The notes under the pieces were generated by a model, which saw only the letters and a program-made list of their open reading frames with translations, did not search any database and was not told where the DNA came from. Source: Macrostomum lignano (lineage: Eukaryota). Taken from it: a stretch of DNA of 64,000 nucleotides. A program made the position numbers and the translations under genes. Below, one piece after another: positions 37,590-49,366 of this stretch (its first letter is position 1; each line of letters begins with the position of its first letter). Location: positions 1 to 64,000 of the forward strand of contig NIVC01003500.1 in the NCBI GenBank assembly GCA_002269645.1, written 5' to 3'.

Positions 37590-40500
37590 ATGGCTCAGGC
37601 AGCGGCCCAGTCCTCTAGAAGCAGCAGCAGTCAGGCCAGCAACCGCCTGCACCTGTCCCGGTCGCCTTACCTGGCCCAGCACGCCAACGACCCGGTCCAC
37701 TGGCAGCCCTGGGGGGACGAAGCGTTCGCGCTGGCCAAGGCCAGGGACCAGCTGGTGTTCCTGAGCATTGGCTACTCCACCTGCCACTGGTGCCACGTCA
37801 TGCACAGGGAGTCCTTTCAGAATGCCGACATTGCCAAGCTGCTTAATGACAATTTTGTCAGCATCAAGGTGAGCTGCTGGGTTGGAGTATGCTGATCTAC
37901 ATATATCTAAATTCCCCATCCCTTGCATACCCCTAGCTTCTAAATTCCCCATCCTTTGCATACCCCTAGCTTCTAAATTCCCCATCCCTTGCATACCCCT
38001 AGCTTCTAAATTCCCCATCCTTTGCATACCCCTAGCTTCTAAATTCCCCATCCCTTGCATACCCCTAGCTTCTAAATTCCCCATCCCTTGCATACCCCTA
38101 GCTTCTAAATTCTCCATCCCTTGCATACCCCTAGCTTCTAAATTCCCCATCCCTTGCATACCCCTAGCTTCTAAATTCTCCATCCCTTGCATACCCCTAG
38201 CTTCTAAATTCCCCATCCCTTGCATACCCCTAGCTTCTAAATTCTCCATCCCTTGCATACCCCTAGCTTCTAAATTCCCCATCCCTTGCATACCCCTAGC
38301 TTCTAAATTCCCCATCCCTTGCATAACCACCAGTCTCTAAATTCCCCATCCTTTGCATACCCCTAGCTTCTAAATTCCCCATCCCTTGCATACCACTAGC
38401 TTCTAAATTCCCCATCCCTTGCATACCCCTAGCTTCTAAACTCCCCATCCCTTGCATACCCCTAGCTTCTAAATTCTCCACCCCTTGCATAACTACCAGC
38501 CTCTAAATTCCCCATCCTTTGCATAACCACCAGCCTCTAAATTCCCCATCCCTTGCATACCCCTAGCTTCTAAATTCCCCATCCTTTGGATAACCACTAG
38601 CCTCTAAATTCCCCATCCCATAAAAGCTTCAGATAAATCCTCCCTGTCCCTTCCCCGAACTCCCTAATCCCTGAATTCCTTATCTAAATTCTCCAGCCTC
38701 TAAATCCCGTCACGTCTGAAATACGCCATCAATAATGCTTATGCCCAACTAAAATCTGCGCCTCCATTCCCGCAGTTGGACCGCGAGGAGCGGCCGGACG
38801 TGGACCGGGTGTACATGAACTTCGTGCTGGCCCTGGGAGTCGGCGGTGGCTGGCCCCTGTCCGTCTGGCTGACCCCGGACAAGCGGCCTATCTTTGGCGG
38901 CACCTACTTTCCGCCTGAGAACAGGTACTTCGGCCGGCCCGGGTTCGCGTCTGTCCTGCAGTCTCTGTCCGACAGCTGGAGGAACAAAAGGGACCAGGTG
39001 CGATGCGTGTGCTCAGTGCTTATCGGGAGTGTTCAGTGTGCTCAGTGCTTATCGGGAGTGTTCAGTGTGCTCAGTGCTTATCGGGAGTGTTCAGTGTGCT
39101 CAGTGCTTATCGGGAGTGTTCAGTGTGCTCAGTGCTTATCGGGAGTATTCAGTGTGCTCAGTGCTTATCGAGAGTGATCGGTAGTGATCAGTGTGCTCAT
39201 ACGCTTATTGGAAGAGATCAGTGTGCTCAGGCGCTTATTGGAAGAGATCAGTGTGCTCAGACGCTTATTGGAAGAGATCAGTGTGCTCAGGCGCTTATTG
39301 GAAGAGATCAGTGTGCTCAGACGCTTATTGGAAGAGATCAGTGTGCTCAGACGCTTATTGGAAGAGATCAGTGTGCTCAGACCCTTATTGAAAGAGATCA
39401 GTGTGCTCAGACCCTTATTGAAAGAGATCAGTGTGCTCAGACGCTTATTGGAAGAGATCAGTGTGCTCAGGCGCTTATTGGAAGAGATCAGTGTGCTCTG
39501 GCGCTTATTGGCAGAGATCAGTGTGCTCTGGCGCTTATTGGAAGAGATCAGTGTGCTCAGACGCTTTCAAAGTGTTCAAACCGCTGTCTCCTCTAACCCA
39601 CCCTAGGTGGAGACGCAGGGCACGGAGATTCTGGCCGCCCTCCGCAAACACGCGGTGCCGCCAGCGCCGCCGTCCGCGGCCGCCTTCGACCCGAGCCGGC
39701 CGGCCGCCCTCTGCCTCCGCCAGCTGCGCGACCGGTTCGACTCGGAGCTGGGCGGCTTCGGCCGGGCCCCCAAATTCCCGCAGCCGTCGCTGCTGGCCTT
39801 CCTGCTGCGCCTGGCCGGCCTGCGGTCCGCCGCCGACCCGGCCGAGTCCGCCGAGGCCCTGGCGATGTGCCGCCTCACGCTAGACTGCATGGCCCGCGGC
39901 GGCATCCACGACCACGTCAACGGCGGCTTCCACCGCTACTCCACGGACGCCAAGTGGCACGTGCCGCACTTTGAGAAGATGCTGTACGACCAGGCCCAGC
40001 TGTGCTCCACCTTCGCTGTCACCTCGCGTCTCTGCGCCAAGGAGGACGCCGGGACGGCCAAGGAGCTCGCAGACACGGCCGTGGGCATTGTGGAGTACGT
40101 CTGTCGGGAGCTGTCACACCCGGCCGGCGGCTTCTACAGCGCCCAGGACGCTGACTCGCTGCCGGAGGGCTCGGCTGAGGATGCCGCTGGCGGCCACGGG
40201 CACGGCAAGAAGGAGGGCGCCTTCTGCGTGTGGACCTGGGGACAGCTGGCCGCCGCGCTGGAGGGCGGCTCAATTGGCGACGTGCCCTATTTGAAGGTGA
40301 GCGGGAAGATCCAGATCCTCAGTTGCTAAGCCAGCCTCCCAGATTCTCAGTTGCTAAGCCAGCCTCCCAGATCCTCAGTTGCTAAGCCAGCCTCCCAGAT
40401 CCTCAGTTGCTGGGCCAGCCTTTCAGACCCTCAGTTGCTGGACCAGTCTTTCAGATCCACAGTTGCTAGTAGGCCAGCCTCCCAGATCCTCAGTTGCTGA

Positions 40501-42413
40501 GCCAGCCTTCCAGATCATCAGTTGCTGGGCCAGCCTCCCAGATCCTCAGTTGCTGGGCCAGCCTCCCAGATCCTCAGTTGCTGGGCCAGCCTCCCAGATC
40601 CTCAGTTGCTGGGCCAGCCTCCCAGATCCCAGCTTCTGCCCGTCACTCCGGCCCGCAGGCATTTGCCGCGGTGTACTCTTGCGCCGAGGCGGGCAACGTG
40701 GACCCATACCAGGACCCGCACGACGAGCTGCGCGGCCAGAACGTGCTGATCCGGCGCAAGGCCTGGCGGGAGCTGGCCCAGCAGCTCGGCCTGTCAGAGC
40801 AGCAGCTGCGGGCAGGCATCACCGACTGCCTGCTCCGGCTGCGCGAGGTTCGAGCGAAGCGACCGCCGCCGCATCTGGACGACAAGGTGGGGGGTTTAGA
40901 GCTGTTGGTCAACAGGGGAGCCTCTTCACATCATATTGTCGACAGCAGCGTATAGTGTTAGCAACGCTTAGGTGTTCATTAGCAACGTATAGGTGTGCCT
41001 TAGCAACGTATAGGTGTCCCTTAGCAACGTATAGGTGTCCTTTAGCTACGTATAGCGTCCCTTAGCAACGTATACGTGTCCTTTAGCAACGTATAGATAT
41101 CCCTAGCAACGTATAGGTGTCCCTAGCAACGTACAGGCGTCCCTTAGCAACGTACAGGCGTCCCTTAACAACGTGCATGCGTCCCTTAGCAACGAGTCGA
41201 TATCCCCTAGCAACAACATAGCAACGGACTAGCTCGTTTTACCGAAGATAATCCCACCTGCTCCAGCTGCTCACCTGCTGGAACTCCATGATGATCTCGG
41301 CGCTGGCCCAGGCCGGCCGTCTGTTGAACCGTCCCGACTGGCTCGAGCGCGCCCGTCGCGGAGCAGAGTTCATTCGGTGCCATCTGTGGCGCGAGGACAC
41401 GCGCACCCTGTACCGGGTGGCCTATCCGGACGGCCAGGACGGCGTCACCCTGGGCCCGGCGCCCGTGAAGGCATTCCTTGACGATCACGCCCAGCTCATC
41501 GGCGCCCTGCTGCAGCTGTACCGGGCGACCCTGCACCAGCCTTACCTGGCTTGGGCGCGCCAGCTGCAGGCTGAACAGGATGCGGCTTTCTGGTGCTCGG
41601 AGGCCAAGGCCTACTTTGACACCAGGTGACACCTTAGAGATGTCAGCTTCACGTTCCAAATAAGACTCAAACAGCCTCCCCAAGAACCAAGACTCAGCAG
41701 CCTCCCCAAGAACCAAGACTCATCAGCCTCCCCAAGAACCAAGACTCAGCAGCCTCCCCAAGAACCAAGACTCAGCAGCCTCCCCAAGAACCAAGACTCA
41801 GCAGCCTCCCCAAGAACCAAGACTCAGCAGCCTCCCCAAGAACGAAGACTCAGCAGCCTCCCCAAGAACCAAGAGTCAAGACTCGAACCGCCCCCGCAGG
41901 CGCCAGTCAGCTGATGCGGGCGACGCCGCCAACGCCGCTGCCCCCGAGCTGCCGCTGCGCCTCCTCGACGATCACGACGGCGCCGAGCCGTGCGGCAACT
42001 CCGTGTCGGCCGTCAACCTGGCCAGTCTGCGCGCCTTCGACGACAACAGCGGCAGCTACAGCAGCCGCAGCGGCGAGCTGTTGAACAGGTTCAGCCAGAC
42101 CCTGGGCCGGCAGCCCATGGCCCTGACCGAGATGGCCTCCGCCTGCCTGCTGACCGCGGCCGGGCCACCGGCCACCCTGGTGCTGGCCGCCCCGGCCGAG
42201 GACCAGCTGGAGCCGCTGATGCAGGCCGCCTGGTCCTCGGACAGTCCCGTGCGCCGGCCGGACCTGACGCTGATGAGGCCGCAGGATGCTGGATGGTGCA
42301 GCGGCTACGGCCCGATTGATGGCCGGGCAGCCGCCTACCTGTGCCGGGATTTCACCTGCCAGCTGCCCGTGACCGAGCCTGCCGAGCTGGCTGACCTGCT
42401 GGCCGGCATCTGA
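37590..42413 (+). CDS. SPATA20: Spermatogenesis-associated protein 20 (thioredoxin-like DUF255 + alpha/alpha-toroid; YyaL/Ssp411 family)
   Basis: Exons 37590-37868, 38776-38997, 39607-40296, 40659-40886, 41267-41625, 41900-42413. Motifs [129 protein letters not shown]. Confidence 0.95.
37905..38620. repeat. Intronic minisatellite, 33 bp, SPATA20 intron 1
   Basis: CCCCATCCCTTGCATACCCCTAGCTTCTAAATT units. Confidence 0.95.
39005..39565. repeat. Two related intronic minisatellites (29 bp then 30 bp), SPATA20 intron 2
   Basis: Both share CAGTGTGCTCAG. Confidence 0.9.
40310..41880. repeat. Three distinct intronic minisatellites in SPATA20 introns 3-5 (~28, ~22, 26 bp)
   Basis: Arrays at ~40310-40630, ~40960-41210 and ~41665-41880, separated by exons. 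Confidence 0.85.
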
Positions 42414-42559
42414 TGGCTCCGGAGGATTCTGTGTCATCGGCTTCTGGGATTCATTGATTAGTTCTAGCACTCACTGATGCTGCGCCTTCATCTGCGTGGC
42501 CAGCTCGTGCACCCATTCGTGTGAATTGACCCCTCACGCTAGAGAATTCTAGTTGTTGC

Positions 42560-43060
42560 CCAGGTGAGAATTGCCCTAGCAACCCAGGTGAGAATTGCCG
42601 TAACAGCCCAGGTGAGAGTTGCTCTAACAGCCCAGGTGAGAATCGCCCTAGCAACCCAGGTGAGAATTGCCGTAACAGCCCAGGTGAGAATCGCCCTAAC
42701 AGCCCAGGTGAGAATCGCCCTAACAGCCCAGGTGAGAATCGCCCTAACAGCCCAGGTAAGAATCGCCCTAACAGCCCAGGTGAGAATCGCCCTAACAGCC
42801 CAGGTGAGAATCGCCCTAACAGCCCAGGTGAGAGTTGCTCTAACAGCCCAGGTGAGAATCGCCCTAGCAACCCAGGTGAGAATTGCCGTAACAGCCCAGG
42901 TAAGAATCGCCCTAACAGCCCAGGTGAGAATCGCCCTAACAGCCCAGGTGAGAATCGCGCTAACAACCCAGGTGAGAATCGCCCTAACAACCCAGGTGAG
43001 AATCGCCCTAACAACCCAGGTGAGAATCGCCCTAACAACCCAGGTGAGAATCGCCCTAAC
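42560..43060. repeat. Minisatellite, 27 bp
   Basis: CCCAGGTGAGAATCGCCCTAACAG-type units. Confidence 0.95.
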
Positions 43061-43829
43061 AACTAAGCAAAAATTTGCCCTCTCGCAAAAAATCACATTT
43101 TCAAGCATCGCCCCATTAAGTAGTTTAGGGCGTCCATGATCTTTTTTAATGGTTTTGATTTCATTTTTATAATCCAATTGAAATTTTTTTCATTTTTTAT
43201 TTAACCCCTTCCCACGTCATTATAATCATATTTATTCATTTTTTGTTGTTTTCTCTCTTTTTTTAGTTTAATGCATCGTGTTTCCATCTTTCTGTGACTG
43301 TATATAGAAACTAAGACCGATAAAAATTCATAATTACATTGAGCTCTGCCACTCGGATCATCTTCTCAAGTTAAATTACTTTCGCGTTCATTTTCTCAAC
43401 TTCTTTAAAATATGTTTTGCGTTTCGGTGACTTATGTACAATTTATTTAACAGCTACTTTAAGTAGGCAGGCACTGTAGTCAGTACTTAACTGCAATAGT
43501 AGTGGCTCTGGTTTATCAGTGATTAGAACAAGTTAGTGAACCCTAAATGAATTTCTATCAGCACTAGTGAATTATTCTTAAGGAGTGATTAGTGAAGTGA
43601 GTGATTACGTAACTTTTCTGTAAAAAAATATTGCATAGTTTAGACACAATTGGCCACAAAGCAAAACAGCTGTTGAAAAAGTTAGTGAACCCATTTGAAA
43701 TTCCAGCAACTAATGCTCTGTACTCGTAATTCCATCCATAGCAGCAATAACAGCCTGCAATACATTTTTGTGACTGTTAATCAATTTACAGCACTGCTCT
43801 CCAGGAATCTTTCCCATTCTACAGTGCAA

Positions 43830-44830
43830 AACCTCTCCAACTCATTCAGAATCTCTCCAACTCATCCAGAACCTCTCCAACTCATTCAGAATCTCTCCAA
43901 CTCACCCAGAACCTCTCCAACTCATTCAGAACCTCTCCAACTCACCCAGAATCTCTCCAACTCATTCAGAATCTCTCCAACTCACCCAGAATCTCTCCAG
44001 CTCATTCAGAATCTCTCCAACTCACCCAGAACCTCTCCAACTCATTCAGAACCTCTCCAACTCACCCAGAACCTCTCCAACTCATCCAGAACCTCTCCAA
44101 CTCACCCAGAACCTCTCCAACTCATTCAGAACCTCTCCAACTCATCCATGACCTCTCCAACTCACCCAGAACCTCTCCAACTCATCCATGACCTCTCCAA
44201 CTCATTCAGAACCTCTCCAACTCACCCAGAACCTCTCCAACTCACCCAGAACCTCTCCAACTCATTCAGAACCTCTCCAACTCATTCAGAACCTCTCCAA
44301 CTCACCCAGAACCTCTCCAACTCATTCAGAATCTCTCCAACTCATCCATGACCTCTCCAACTCATTCAGAATCTCTCCAACTCACCCAGAATCTCTCCAA
44401 CTCATTCAGAATCTCTCCAACTCATCCAGAACCTCTCCAACTCATTCAGAACCTCTCCAACTCATTCATGACCTCTCCAACTCATTCAGAACCTCTCCAA
44501 CTCATTCAGAACCTCTCCAACTCATTCAGAACCTCTCCAACTCACCCAGAACCTCTCCAACTCATTCAGAATCTCTCCAACTCACCCAGAACCTCTCCAA
44601 CTCATTCAGAACCTCTCCAACTCATTCAGAATCTCTCCAACTCATTCAGAACCTCTCCAACTCATTCAGAACCTCTCCAACTCATTCAGAACCTCTCCAA
44701 CTCACCCAGAACCTCTCCAACTCATTCAGAACCTCTCCAACTCATTCAGAACCTCTCCAACTCATTCAGAACCTCTCCAACTCATTCAGAACCTCTCCAA
44801 CTCACCCAGAACCTCTCCAACTCATTCAGT
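43830..44830. repeat. Minisatellite, 20 bp x ~50
   Basis: GAACCTCTCCAACTCATTCA units. Confidence 0.95.
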
Positions 44831-44859
44831 TCTAACACATGACCGAGTTCATAATTTCA

Positions 44860-45380
44860 TGAAGTTGGACATTATTTCCAGTTCCACTTGCAGCACTTAC
44901 AGCCCTACAGCATGATTCTGCTACCTCTATACTTTGCAGTAGGCAATGCATTATTTTGTTTTAATGCCAGCCGTCTCTGCGAAATGTACCCACCCAAACA
45001 ACTCTAAATTTTTGTCTCTTGTGAGCAACTCGTCTGTGAAGTCCTTGACGGTTCAAAGACTCCTGCACCGTTGACTTGTGCACCTCTATTCCGCATTGAT
45101 CAGCTGATGCTGCAATTGACTTGCAGTCACGGTTGGATCACTGTCGACAGGCTGAGCTCTCCTTGCTGTGCGCTCAGAAACTTTGGCAGGTCGTCCGTCC
45201 ACTTCCGAGGCAGTGGAGTCACAGTGTTGCGCTTCTGCCATTTGTGAATGACAGCTCTAGCAGTGGAAGCACTGAGCCGAAGTTGGTTGGCAATTCTTCT
45301 TGTATCCGAGGCCAGTGTTGTGAGATGATACAACAAGTGCAGCAAGCCTCTGAGGCTTACAGCTTTGGGCAAATGCATTT
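44860..45380 (-). mobile_element. Degenerate Tc1-family transposase fragment
   Basis: HTH RRIANQLRLSASTARAVIHKWQKRNTVTPLPR; second HTH QLQHQLINAGIEVHKSTVQESLNRQGLHRR; PTAKYRGSRIML*GC resembling PTVKHGGGSIMVWGC; stops and deletions. Confidence 0.75.
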
Positions 45381-45651
45381 AAATTGCAGTTGGTGCAACA
45401 GTTTTCGCGTGAAAGGTTTCGAAAAAGCATCATGCATTGTGGTTTGACCAATCCAAACTTTGCGGTTCACTATCTTTTTCGAAATTGGTTTTTCGTTTCG
45501 GTTAGTTTGCGCTCAAACTACGCAATAGTTTTTGCTGAACATGAGCAGAACTAGTTGCTAAAACTTTTGTTTCTTTGAATAAACGCCGGTAAAAATTCAC
45601 TTGCGATTGTTGTGAAAGTTCAGTCAAGGTTCACTAACTTTTCTCGCAACT

Positions 45652-47078
45652 GTGAGCTGCAGTCAGGGTGTCTCTGGTTTATCAGTGAGCTGCAGTCAGG
45701 GTGTCTCTGGTTTATCAGTGAGCTGCAGTCAGGGTGTCTCTGGTTTATCAGTGAGCTGCAGTCAGGGTGTCTCTGGTTTATCAGTGAGCTGCAGTCAGGG
45801 TGTCTCTGGTTTATCAGTGAGCTGCAGTCAGGGTGTCTCTGGTTTATCAGTGAGCTGCAGTCTGAGTGTCTCTGGTTTATCAGTGAGCTGCAGTCAGGGT
45901 GTCTCTGGTTTATCAGTGAGCTGCAGTCAGGGTGTCTCTGGTTTATCAGTGAGCTGCAGTCTGAGTGTCTCTGGTTTATCAGTGAGCTGCAGTCAGGGTG
46001 TCTCTGGTTTATCAGTGAGCTGCAGTCAGGGTGTCTCTGGTTTATCAGTGAGCTGCAGTCAGGGTGTCTCTGGTTTATCAGTGAGCTGCAGTCTGAGTGT
46101 CTCTGGTTTATCAGTGAGCTGCAGTCAGGGTGTCTCTGGTTTATCAGTGAGCTGCAGTCTGAGTGTCTCTGGTTTATCAGTGAGCTGCAGTCTGAGTGTC
46201 TCTGGTTTATCAGTGAGCTGCAGTCAGGGTGTCTCTGGTTTATCAGTGAGCTGCAGTCTGAGTGTCTCTGGTTTATCAGTGAGCTGCAGTCAGGGTGTCT
46301 CTGGTTTATCAGTGAGCTGCAGTCTGAGTGTCTCTGGTTTATCAGTGAGCTGCAGTCAGGGTGTCTCTGGTTTATCAGTGAGCTGCAGTCAGGGTGTCTC
46401 TGGTTTATCAGTGAGCTGCAGTCTGAGTGTCTCTGGTTTATCAGTGAGCTGCAGTCAGGGTGTCTCTGGTTTATCAGTGAGCTGCAGTCAGGGTGTCTCT
46501 GGTTTATCGGTGAGCTGCAGTCAGGGTGTCTCTGGTTTATCAGTGAGCTGCAGTCAGGGTGTCTCTGGTTTATCGGTGAGCTGCAGTCAGGGTGTCTCTG
46601 GTTTATCAGTGAGCTGCAGTCTGAGTGTCTCTGGTTTATCAGTGAGCTGCAGTCTTAAGAGTCTCTGGTTTATCAGTGAGCTGCAGTCTTAAGAGTCTCT
46701 GGTTTATCAGTGAGCTGCAGTCTTAAGAGTCTCTGGTTTATCAGTGAGCTGCAGTCAGGGTGTCTCTGGTTTATCAGTGAGCTGCAGTCTTAAGAGTCTC
46801 TGGTTTATCAGTGAGCTGCAGTCTTAAGAGTCTCTGGTTTATCAGTGAGCTGCAGTCTTAAGAGTCTCTGGTTTATCAGTGAGCTGCAGTCTTAAGAGTC
46901 TCTGGTTTATCAGTGAGCTGCAGTCTTAAGAGTCTCTGGTTTATCAGTGAGCTGCAGTCTTAAGAGTCTCTGGTTTATCAGTGAGCTGCAGTCTTAAGAG
47001 TCTCTGGTTTATCAGTGAGCTGCAGTCAGGGTGTCTCTGGTTTATCAGTGAGCTGCAGTCTTAAGAGTCTCTGGTTTA
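45652..47078. repeat. Minisatellite, 33 bp x ~43, three sequence variants, abutting GATC
   Basis: GTGAGCTGCAGTC(AGGGT/TGAGT/TTAAG..)..TCTCTGGTTTATCA units. Confidence 0.95.
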
Positions 47079-47130
47079 TCTCCTTCTGCTGCGTGCACTG
47101 CCACGTGCACTGTTGTTGCTAGGGCCGCAG

Positions 47131-47655
47131 CGGCCCTGGCAACGGCTTCCCCGGCATCTCTGCAGCAGCTCGAGCAGCTCATGCGGCGCCGCTGACTCCC
47201 CGCCCGCCGGCCGCCGCTGCCGCCACCGTCTGGTGCCCGACGCTCCTACGTGGCGCAACGTTGCGGACTCCGAGCTTCCCCCGCCCACCGCCATCGACTC
47301 GGACACGATCGCCCTGCTCGAGCGGCTGTCCCTCGTCCAGTTTGACACCGCGGACACTGTCCGAGTGGTGGCTGAGGCTGTCCGGTTCGCTGACGAGCTT
47401 CGCCTGGTGCACGCTGGTCCTGAGGTCGAACCGATGACCTCTCTGCCGGAGGCCTGGGGCTGGCGGTGCCCGTTGCGCGCGGACACCCCGGCGGAGCAGC
47501 CCAGAACGGCCGTGCTGAGCAACGCGGCCCAGACCGAGGAGCACTACTTTGTGGCTCCGCCAGGCAACATCGCCGCCAAGGACTCCGGCAGGGAGCGCCT
47601 GGACCGGCTGGCCGAGGGCGCCAAGTCGAAGGCGTCCCGGTCGTCAAGAAGCTGA
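47131..47655 (+). CDS. GATC: Glu-tRNA(Gln) amidotransferase subunit C, mitochondrial (no genomic ATG found)
   Basis: VPDAPTW...IDSDTIALLERLSLVQF...AEAVRFADEL...VEPMTS...LRAD...VLSNAAQTEEHYFVAPPGNI. Arg/Ser-rich presequence-like N-terminus. In-frame TAA at 47062; the first in-frame Met is internal. Acceptor GGCCGCAG ends at 47130 in phase 0. Confidence 0.85.
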   Translation, partial: RPWQRLPRHLCSSSSSSCGAADSPPAGRRCRHRLVPDAPTWRNVADSELPPPTAIDSDTIALLERLSLVQFDTADTVRVVAEAVRFADELRLVHAGPEVEPMTSLPEAWGWRCPLRADTPAEQPRTAVLSNAAQTEEHYFVAPPGNIAAKDSGRERLDRLAEGAKSKASRSSRS

Positions 47656-48159
47656 ACAGCTGGGATTAGAAAATCCAAACTCTTGTAGTTGCTATGCAAA
47701 TGTTCCAATCTGACCAAAATACACCGCATGCCGTTTGTAATCATTGCCACTCTGCTACAGATCAGCCGATGATTGAAGAAACAAAAAAGGCCTCAAGCCG
47801 TGCTTTTCGTGTTTCACGTGAAAACTGCCTGTTCTCAAAGCCTGCTGGCGGGGGTCATTATGAGCTGAAGCCACGCTGCTGCTGGAGTTGTTGGATCATT
47901 CTGGAAAATTCCACCTTTTTTACCGGAGGTAATGATCTTAGGGCCGGTTTTTTATCCTTCAGTTGGCAGCGGGAGGGCACGCTCTTGGGGTGGAAAAGAG
48001 CAGCACTGCCGGGTCGGGATTCGAGCTGCGACCCCACCTGCTTTGCGTCATCATTAAAGATTTCCTGTTGCGCGTGCTGGCTGCCCCCGCTTCCCGTCCC
48101 CATCCTGCAGCGCCTCTCGCTCGCTTCCTGCAATTAGATTTGCTAATTGTCGACTTTAG

Positions 48160-48242
48160 CGACAGGGCAAATACCCGCACGAGTACTTGCTGAACCAGCC
48201 CTCGCTCGCTGCGGTCAGCCGCGAATGGGGAGCCAGACTGGC

Positions 48243-48313
<71 letters not shown>

Positions 48314-49204
48314 TAGACAGACAGACAGACAGACAGAAAGACACTAACACAGACAGACTGACAGACAGACAGAAAGACGGAAAGACAGACAGACAGACAG
48401 ACAGCCTTGCTTCTATTCGTCACGATTCTGATTCCCACAGCCGCCAGTCCCCATCAGTGCCCACCGGCCCCTAGCCGGGATTCGAGTCCTGGACCTCACC
48501 CGGGTGCTTGCCGGGCCCTACTGCTCAATGATCCTGGGCGATATGGGCGCAGATGTTATCAAGGTGGAGCGGCCGGGCGGCGGGGACGAGACCCGGCAGT
48601 GGGGGCCGCCGTTCGCGGCCGAGGACTCCGTGTACTTCCTGAGTGTCAACCGCAACAAGCGCAGCGTCTGCCTGGACTTCGGCCAACCGGCCGGGGCCGA
48701 CCTGGTCCGCCGGCTGTCCCGGCGCTGCGACGTCCTGCTGGAGAACTTCGTGCCCGGCAAGCTGGCGAAGCGCGGGCTGGACTTTGCCTCGCTGAGCGCC
48801 CAGAATCCCGGCCTCATCTACTGCAGCATCTCCGGCTTCGGCCAGTCCGGGCCGTGGCGCCGGCGGGCCGGCTACGACGTCGCCGCGGCTGCCATCGGCG
48901 GCTTCCTCGGCATCACCGGCGAGCCCGACGGTCCGCCCGTCCGGGCCGGGGTGGCCGTCACGGACCTGTCCACCGGCCTGTATGCCCTGTCCGCCATCCT
49001 GGCCGCCCTGTACCGGCGGCGGACGGCCGAGAGTCTGGGGGAGGTCGGCCGGGGCTGCTGGATCGACGCCAACCTGCTGGACACCCAGGTGGCCACAATG
49101 TCGCATGTGGCTGCCAGCTTCCTGCACACCGGTTAGGGGCTCAGAGTCTGTCTGTCTGTCTGTCCGTCTGTCTGCCTGTCTGTCTGTCTGTCTGTCTGTC
49201 GGCC

Positions 49205-49244
<40 letters not shown>

Positions 49245-49331
49245 AGCCTGTCAGTCAGCCTGTCTTAGTGTCTGTCTGTCTGCCCTGCCCTGTCTGTCTG
49301 TCTGTCTTGTCTGTCTGTCTGTCTGTCTTAG

Positions 49332-49366
<35 letters not shown>

